The notes below the pieces were generated by a model. That model had not been told where the DNA came from, did not search any database, and saw only the letters and a list, made by a program, of their open reading frames with translations. Made by a program: the position numbers and the translations under genes. A DNA stretch of 23,259 nt from a virus (lineage: Duplodnaviria > Heunggongvirae > Uroviricota > Caudoviricetes): the IMG/VR virus record IMGVR_UViG_3300024346_000020; one strand, given 5' to 3'. Below, one piece after another: positions 7,071 to 13,800 of the stretch (position 1 is its first letter; every line of letters begins with the position of its first letter).

Positions 7071-8156
7071 TTATATTTTAGAAAGTAATTCAACTTTCTT
7101 TGTTGTGAATTCTTCATCAGTTAAAATTCCTGCTTTATGTAATTCACCAAGTTTTTGTAATAGTTCAACTGATTTTATTTTATCATCAATTATATCTCTA
7201 TTTTCTTTTGTATCTTTCTCCCATACAAAATCAGACACTAATTCTTCGATTTTAGAAATTGAATCCTTACTAAGTCCTTTAGGTACTTTTACTTCAATTA
7301 GACTTTTATGAACTTTAATTTCTTTAGTTTCAATCGGTCTTCTACTTTCTGGTAAGATTTGTAAAATTGTTGAAGCAATGTAATACTTATCAAAGTCCAT
7401 ATCAACAGATTCAAACTTTTGTTTAGAATTATCTCCTTTACCAATTCTACCTGTTTCAATACTTTTAGCACTACCACCAATTGCACTCGTAAGAGAAACA
7501 TTGTTAGTATAAGAAGAATTTATTGCCATTGTATTTGAAGAATAATAAGCATTACCGGTTGATGTATTAAGATTACTTAAATCAATACTACCACTTGTAA
7601 GATTAGTAGTAGTAAACGTATTTATTGTTCCTATACCACAATAAGGAGCACCGATTGTAACAGTATTACCCCAGTAAGGATAAGTTGGATAAACCCAGTA
7701 AGGATAAGTTCTAGTAGTTAAAATTCTATTAAATCTATCACTCCAATTTTGTAAAGTAACAACAGATTCTTTATAGAAGAAAACTTCTAATAATCCATTT
7801 TTAGCAATTGCTTGTGTAGTTTCATCGGTATCATCAACTTCATAAGTATCAAAAATAAATTTTTTCTTATCGTCAATAAAACAATCTAAATAAAATCTTT
7901 GTCCTGGATTTAAAACTAATCCTGATTTTGAAATTGAGTTACCGTTTAATTTAATGTCTGCTAGAACGCAGTCTTGTAGAGGGTTAAATAGTTCTATTTG
8001 AAATTCTTCTTTATCAGATAGATAAACTTTACCTTTTTTGATAGATTTTCTTCCTCTATCATTGGAATTTACTATCCACGCACTTGGGACAGTAGTTTTG
8101 ACTTGTTTTGCCATTTTTTGTTTTTTAATTTTTTTATCCATATCTTTGATTCTCAA
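7071..8156 (-). CDS. Hypothetical protein with beta-rich N-terminal domain, Tyr/Pro and Thr/Ser/Asn linker and C-terminal SHOCT domain; likely real start 8141 or 8114
   Basis: C-terminus ELLQKLGELHKAGILTDEEFTTKKVELL matches the SHOCT pattern (L..L..L...G.LT.EEF...K..LL); the track start is TTG, with in-frame ATGs at 8141 and 8114. Confidence 0.75.
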   Translation of the reverse strand: MRIKDMDKKIKKQKMAKQVKTTVPSAWIVNSNDRGRKSIKKGKVYLSDKEEFQIELFNPLQDCVLADIKLNGNSISKSGLVLNPGQRFYLDCFIDDKKKFIFDTYEVDDTDETTQAIAKNGLLEVFFYKESVVTLQNWSDRFNRILTTRTYPYWVYPTYPYWGNTVTIGAPYCGIGTINTFTTTNLTSGSIDLSNLNTSTGNAYYSSNTMAINSSYTNNVSLTSAIGGSAKSIETGRIGKGDNSKQKFESVDMDFDKYYIASTILQILPESRRPIETKEIKVHKSLIEVKVPKGLSKDSISKIEELVSDFVWEKDTKENRDIIDDKIKSVELLQKLGELHKAGILTDEEFTTKKVELLSKI

Positions 8157-8214
8157 TTAAATCTCAAAGGCACCCTATTGATACCCGACATGAATTATAT
8201 AACAGCTATAACGA

Positions 8215-8224
8215 TATATATTAA
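8215..8224 (-). promoter_or_regulatory. TTAATATATA motif upstream of the SHOCT-domain gene
   Basis: Exact copy on the minus strand in a divergent intergenic region. Confidence 0.55.
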
Positions 8225-8231
8225 AAAATCC

Positions 8232-8262
8232 TTGTTTGTTTATAATTTTTGTTGTATCTTTG
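8232..8262 (+). promoter_or_regulatory. Bacteroidota-type promoter: TTG (8232-8234), 20-nt spacer, TATCTTTG (8255-8262)
   Basis: Matches the established -33 TTG / -7 TAnnTTTG architecture; 18 nt before ATG 8281. Confidence 0.7.
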
Positions 8263-8280
8263 AGTAAATAAATAAAATAG

Positions 8281-9471
8281 ATGATAAACGTAAACAAATT
8301 TATTCCTGAGTTGTTTCTTAAACTGACTTCAAAGACTTACCCTCACGGTTATGAGGATATTTGTTTAGAAGAAATGGTAAGTCTTGGTTATTTACCAAAA
8401 GACATCAGTAAAGATACTCACGGAAATTACTTCTACAAAATTGGAGAATCAAGAACAATCTTTGCTTCTCACTTAGATACAGTTTCTAGTAAACACGAAC
8501 CAGTAAAACACGTACTTGATGGTGAAACTATTAGAACTGATGGAACAACTACACTTGGTGCAGATGATAAAGCAGGTGTATCAGTTATGATTTGGATGAT
8601 GAAACATAACATTCCAGGAACATACTACTTTTTTATTGGTGAAGAAGTTGGTTGTATTGGTTCTGGTTTAGCAGCAAAATATGGTGAATTTAAAGGTATA
8701 TATGATAGAATTATTTCTTTTGATAGAAGAGGTACTACTTCAATTATTACACACCAATCTTGGGCAAGATGTTGTTCAGATGAATTTGCAGATGCTTTTT
8801 GTGCTGAATTAAACAAATCAGATTACAAATTAAAATATATTAAAGATGATGGTGGTGTTTACACTGACTCTGCTGAGTTTGTTGACCTTATTCCAGAATG
8901 TACAAATGTTTCAGTAGGTTATTATTCAGAACACACTAAAAGTGAAAATCAAGATATTAGACACTTAGTAAACTTAGCGAGTGCTTGTTTATTAGTTGAT
9001 TGGGAAAACTTACCAACAAAAAGAGATACTTCAGTTTATGAAGGTAAATCTTTCAAAACTTATACTACGGCTTCTTATCCTGCAGACTGGGATAACTATG
9101 CTACTAGAACTAAAAGAGCTGATAGTGGAAGTTCTTGGAGTAGAAGTGGTACTAAGAGTAGAGACGTTACTTACTACCAGGATTGGTATGACAATACTGG
9201 TGCGGATGATATTATGATGCGAAATGGTGGTAAGAAAACTAGAAGAGGAAATCAAAAGAAAAAAGGTAAAACTTACTTCGATAATGGTGGAAACCTAGTA
9301 GAGATTTCTACTCCAAATGATAAACAATACGATTGGCTTTTAGCAAAGTACAATGGATCTAAGTTGAAAGAAAAAGAATTAGAAGTGATTAGAGAACAAT
9401 ATTTAGATATTGAGAATAATGATTATGATAAATTTTTCTACGACTGCTTAGTAGAAGAAATGTTAGACTAA
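8281..9471 (+). CDS. M20/M28-family zinc peptidase with low-complexity C-terminal extension
   Basis: ASHLDTV, LGADDKAGV, GEEVGCIGS, SFDRRG and GYYSEHT metal-ligand motifs. Confidence 0.85.
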   Translation: MINVNKFIPELFLKLTSKTYPHGYEDICLEEMVSLGYLPKDISKDTHGNYFYKIGESRTIFASHLDTVSSKHEPVKHVLDGETIRTDGTTTLGADDKAGVSVMIWMMKHNIPGTYYFFIGEEVGCIGSGLAAKYGEFKGIYDRIISFDRRGTTSIITHQSWARCCSDEFADAFCAELNKSDYKLKYIKDDGGVYTDSAEFVDLIPECTNVSVGYYSEHTKSENQDIRHLVNLASACLLVDWENLPTKRDTSVYEGKSFKTYTTASYPADWDNYATRTKRADSGSSWSRSGTKSRDVTYYQDWYDNTGADDIMMRNGGKKTRRGNQKKKGKTYFDNGGNLVEISTPNDKQYDWLLAKYNGSKLKEKELEVIREQYLDIENNDYDKFFYDCLVEEMLD

Positions 9472-9473
9472 TA

Positions 9474-9501
9474 AAAAAACCCATCTTATGATGGGTTTTT
9501 T
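9474..9501. terminator. Bidirectional intrinsic terminator AAAAAACCCATC-TTAT-GATGGGTTTTTT
   Basis: Perfect 12-bp inverted repeat with A/T tracts on both sides, between convergent genes. Confidence 0.85.
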
Positions 9502-9713
9502 GTTTTATGTCTATCTAGTATTTCAGATGTTTTTATTATTTCATCGGGTGCGTTTCTTATAGCAGAACCTTCTACATCGTGACTTACCTTAAATCTTGAT
9601 TTTGAGACCTTTTCAATTACTCTTACTGGTGTTATCATATCATTGTACCAGTATTCTAAAAGAATAATATCACCTTCTTTATAAAATGCTTTGTATTCAA
9701 GTATAAATTTCAT
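9486..9713 (-). CDS. Hypothetical protein, 75 aa, possibly small SH3/Tudor-like beta-barrel; N-terminus MKFILEYKAFY
   Basis: ORF track; YKEGDIILL...PVRVIEK...FKVS pattern; TTAATATATA 4 nt upstream supports a real gene. Confidence 0.75.
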   Translation of the reverse strand: MKFILEYKAFYKEGDIILLEYWYNDMITPVRVIEKVSKSRFKVSHDVEGSAIRNAPDEIIKTSEILDRHKTKNPS

Positions 9714-9717
9714 ACTG

Positions 9718-9727
9718 TATATATTAA
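9718..9727 (-). promoter_or_regulatory. TTAATATATA motif 4 nt before ATG 9713
   Basis: Exact copy. Confidence 0.6.
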
Positions 9728-9768
9728 ATTGTATAATCCTTTTTCTAATCTATAGAGAAGAAGTAATA

Positions 9769-9781
9769 TAATATATATTAA
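9769..9781. promoter_or_regulatory. Palindromic TAATATATATTA (9769-9780): motif readable on both strands; 22 nt before the phoH ATG on +
   Basis: Read directly in the divergent intergenic region. Confidence 0.5.
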
Positions 9782-9799
9782 AAAATAAGACTTTAATTT

Positions 9800-10594
9800 A
9801 TGAGTACAGGACGCAGAAGACCCACAAAGAAACCAATTGCAGACGAACTAAAAGAAAAGGTAGAACCAGTAAAAAGAATACCTAAAGAAAAAGTAATAAC
9901 ACAAGGTACTCCACAATTTAGAGTAAATTGTAAATTCAAAAATAAAAAACAAAAAGAAATGCATGACACCATTCTAGAAAATAGAATAACATTTGTCAGA
10001 GGTGCAGCAGGAACAGGAAAAACTTTAATATCACTTTTAACCGCATTAGAATGTATTAAAGATCCAACAGTAAATATAGATCAAATTGTTTTAACGAAAC
10101 CAATCGTTGAAATAACATCCAGTAGAGGATTAGGTGCTTTACCTGGAGATATAAATGAAAAAACTTTAAGTTATTACACACACTTTTATGATAGCTTAAC
10201 AAAACTAATCGGAACAGAACCAACAAAATTACTAAAAGAAAGAGGTGTTATAAAAGACACTGTATTAAACTTTTTAAGAGGATCTACATTTGGAAAATGG
10301 GATGCTCAAGGTAATCCAGTTGGTTCTTTTTGTATTTTTGATGAATCGCAAAACTGTTCTCCAGTAGAAATGAAAACTTTTATTTCTAGAATGGGAGAAG
10401 AATCTAAGTTAGTAATAATGGGAGATTCAGATCAAATTGACTTAAAATTGAATAAAGGAGAGAAATGTGGTTTAGATGATGCTTGGGATAGACTTCAGGG
10501 AGTTCCGGGTATTGGATTTATTGAATTTACAGAAGATGATATTGTTAGAGATCCATTCTTAATAGAAATCATGAAACGTTATAAACAACAATAA
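9800..10594 (+). CDS. phoH: PhoH-like ATPase
   Basis: Walker A GAAGTGKT, FLRGSTF, DESQN, SRMGE.SKLVIMGD..QIDL and DIVRDP are PhoH-family signatures. Confidence 0.92.
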   Translation: MSTGRRRPTKKPIADELKEKVEPVKRIPKEKVITQGTPQFRVNCKFKNKKQKEMHDTILENRITFVRGAAGTGKTLISLLTALECIKDPTVNIDQIVLTKPIVEITSSRGLGALPGDINEKTLSYYTHFYDSLTKLIGTEPTKLLKERGVIKDTVLNFLRGSTFGKWDAQGNPVGSFCIFDESQNCSPVEMKTFISRMGEESKLVIMGDSDQIDLKLNKGEKCGLDDAWDRLQGVPGIGFIEFTEDDIVRDPFLIEIMKRYKQQ

Positions 10595-10628
10595 TATAGC
10601 AACTATTTTCTTTATAGGTACTCAAATT

Positions 10629-10638
10629 TTAATATATA
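10629..10638 (+). promoter_or_regulatory. TTAATATATA motif heading the structural operon (22 nt before GTG 10661)
   Basis: Exact intergenic copy. Confidence 0.6.
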
Positions 10639-10660
10639 CAATGAAAAAAATTTTTTTGTT

Positions 10661-10876
10661 GTGAAGAAAACTGATGATTTAATTTATGATTTAATATTCT
10701 CAGATGAAACTTACTACTTAATTGACATTTCAAACTATATAAAAGATATTTATCAGTATGATATATTCATATCTAATATAAGAGAAGTGTTAAAAAAGTC
10801 AAAAGTTAGGATTATCAAAAGTGATGTTAAATTAGACAGCAAGACAGTTATTTGGGAATTAAAAGTAAAGAAATAA
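10661..10876 (+). CDS. Hypothetical protein, 71 aa (GTG start)
   Basis: ORF track; ends 3 nt before the giant ORF. Confidence 0.7.
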   Translation: MKKTDDLIYDLIFSDETYYLIDISNYIKDIYQYDIFISNIREVLKKSKVRIIKSDVKLDSKTVIWELKVKK

Positions 10877-10879
10877 TTT

Positions 10880-13800
10880 ATGTGGACATTTAATACTGAT
10901 TATAACAAATGGGTAACCGTTGAAGATAAAATATCAAAAAATAATTTTGACTATTTAAAACAAGAACTAGCTTCCACAAGATTCTACTCTAAGTGTCTTA
11001 GTGGTGCAACTTACTTACCTATAAATAATTTAGAGAATATTTATGATATTTTAGGTGAATATGAACCAAGAAATTGGTATATAAGTAATGTTGGATCAGT
11101 TTATACTTCTGGTGTACTTCCTACGAATTTTAAGTCTCCAATAACTAACCTTACATCATATGATTTTTATGAAAAGTATGTATCTGAGTATGGCTTAACT
11201 TTAAAGAATTTATTTACTCCAGATAGACTTATAAAGGATTCAGTAAAAAACTTTATATATGTTGATTTGGCAACAATCACTAGATTTTTAGATTTAGGTG
11301 CAACTTTTAATGAGTTATACCTTGATGGTATTAAAGTATTAGACGGTCATAGAATATTGATAAAAGATCAAATATCAACTACTACTCTACCATTTGATAG
11401 AGACCCAAATACATATTTTAAAGGTAATTATACAGTAATTCAAGATTATGGTGCTACTATAGAATATAACTTCTATAACTCTGATAATGGTATTTATACA
11501 TTCAATAAAGGTAAATTATTTAAAACTACTGAATTGAGTGATTATGCAGACTGTATTAGATACAGTGTTTCTGTTAAACTTGGAAATATCAATGCAGAAA
11601 AACAATTTCATTTGAGTAGATTATTAAACGGTTACTACCCAACAACATCTTTAAATGAACCTATTGAGTTTAAAGAAAAACATAATTGGTTATTAAGAAA
11701 TAGAGTTGATTATAATAACTTATTTGAAATAAACTACTATGATGTGGTCAAATATACAACACAGTCTTATTACTTGAGTGGTGTTACGTATAGTATACCA
11801 GAGAGAACTATTGCAGTAGGAGAATTTGGTGTTATTTTAAATACTCAAGGAGGATTATCTAATATCATTCCAAATAAGTATAAAGTAAATCTTAGAAGTA
11901 TTTCACAAACAGAAAAGTACTATTGGATATGTGGTGATAATGGAATACTTTTAAAAGTAAGAAAACATGATTTCACTATTGAGAAAGTTGACACTGGTGT
12001 TACAACCAATTTAAAGTCTGTTTCTTTTTATAATGATATTAAAGGTGTAATTGTTGGTGATCTAAACACAATATTGATAATAGATGATGGTCTGACCTGT
12101 AATAAAATAATAGTTGATGACTTTGATTCATACTATTACAACAAAGCAATATTTTATAAATCTAATAGTATTTATATTGTAGGTAATTCAGGAGTATTTC
12201 TTGAATTAAATGAAGATATTCAAGGTTGGGATGTCTATAAAAGAAGAGTTTCTAGATTTATAGATGACTTTGAAGAATATTTATTAGTTGATAACATCAA
12301 TGATATGTATATAACAAAAAGTTCCTGGGGTTTAAGTTTCTCATACTCCACACAAAGCTCTTTACCAGATAAAGAAATATTATTACTAACAACCGCAGAG
12401 AATAAAATAATTGTTTATGATATAAACAGTTCAATACCTAATTTTGATTTTATTTATCTTTCTTTTAGAGAAGATTATGGTGACATTAAGTCAATTACTA
12501 GATTTGAAGGCACCGGCACATCATCAAATATATTCTATTTTAATTGGTTAAAGACTGATAATCAAGGTGAACCAACATATGGTATATCATCATTTAACTT
12601 ATCCACATTTCAATATGTTGGAGTTGATAATATCTACTCTAATACTATCAGAAATTCACAAAATGCTCAACCAGAGAGTAACCTATATGTAAATAAAATA
12701 TTTAACTATAATGCAACTGAATTAGTAGTTTGTGGTAATAGTTCTTTATTATTGAAAGCAGACTATAATACATTTTTATTTAATACACTAGATCCAACTT
12801 TAGACTCAAGATTGAAATCAAAAATGTTATTTTTAGATTATGATATTGCAGGTAAATTAAACTTTTTTACAGATCTTGGTGATTATAGATTACCAAATGA
12901 GGCCATATTTTATCTATCAAGTACTTTCAGCGACTTTTTAATTACATCAACAACTTCAGCAACATCAATTATGACTAACGCGGTTACTAATGATACTATA
13001 ACAGTTGGTAATAATAATCCGGTTCCACTTAATATTGAGGTAAATTTAAACTTAAATACAACATCAATAAATAAATTAAGGATAAATCTAAAATCACCTA
13101 GTGGTAAAGTAATAAATCTTAAAAGAAACAATAGTGGTACTGGTCTAACTTTTTCAAACACTAAGTTCAGTACTAGTACTAATTTTACTAATTTTAGTAG
13201 TACTCCAGATATTTCTTATAATAATAAGAAATATCAAATGGATAAAGTATTAGGAATTGGTCGAACAGGTTGGGTATCAAATACTAACGCACTTACTGAT
13301 TTATTTTCAAACTCTTCTATAAATGGAAATTGGACGTTATATATTGAAGTAGTAGAGCCACGTGTAAGATCTATTGATCCTTTTGCTAGATTCTCATCTC
13401 CTACAATACCGATTATACCAATATTAAGTACACCTGTAGGAACATTTAGTAACTGGAGTATAAATTTTATTTATCAAGATCCAAATATAGTTTCACTAAC
13501 TTCTAGTGTATCTAATTTATGGTTTGATACTCTTATACATGGTGCAACGGCTCCAAGTTTTATGACTCAATCAGAAACAAATTGGTTAACATATTGGAAA
13601 GATACTGAAAAGACATTTAGATACTATGCAGGGGGTACGTATTCACCACTTGATGAATCAACAAAAGTTTTAATATCAACAACTTTCTCATATTCTACAG
13701 TTAGTGGTTCATTCTCAGTTATTTCTGATGATGTAACAAATTCAATTACTCAATTAGAAAGATTGGCACCTCCATCAATTGACTTTGAACAAAGTAGGTT

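Noticed and set aside
10641-10663. ATG followed by A7T7, one base out of frame with the GTG-started 71-aa gene (possible slippage site or assembly error)
   Set aside because: The GTG at 10661 lies 22 nt from the promoter motif, matching the common spacing, so no frameshift is needed; read-level data would be required to revisit this.
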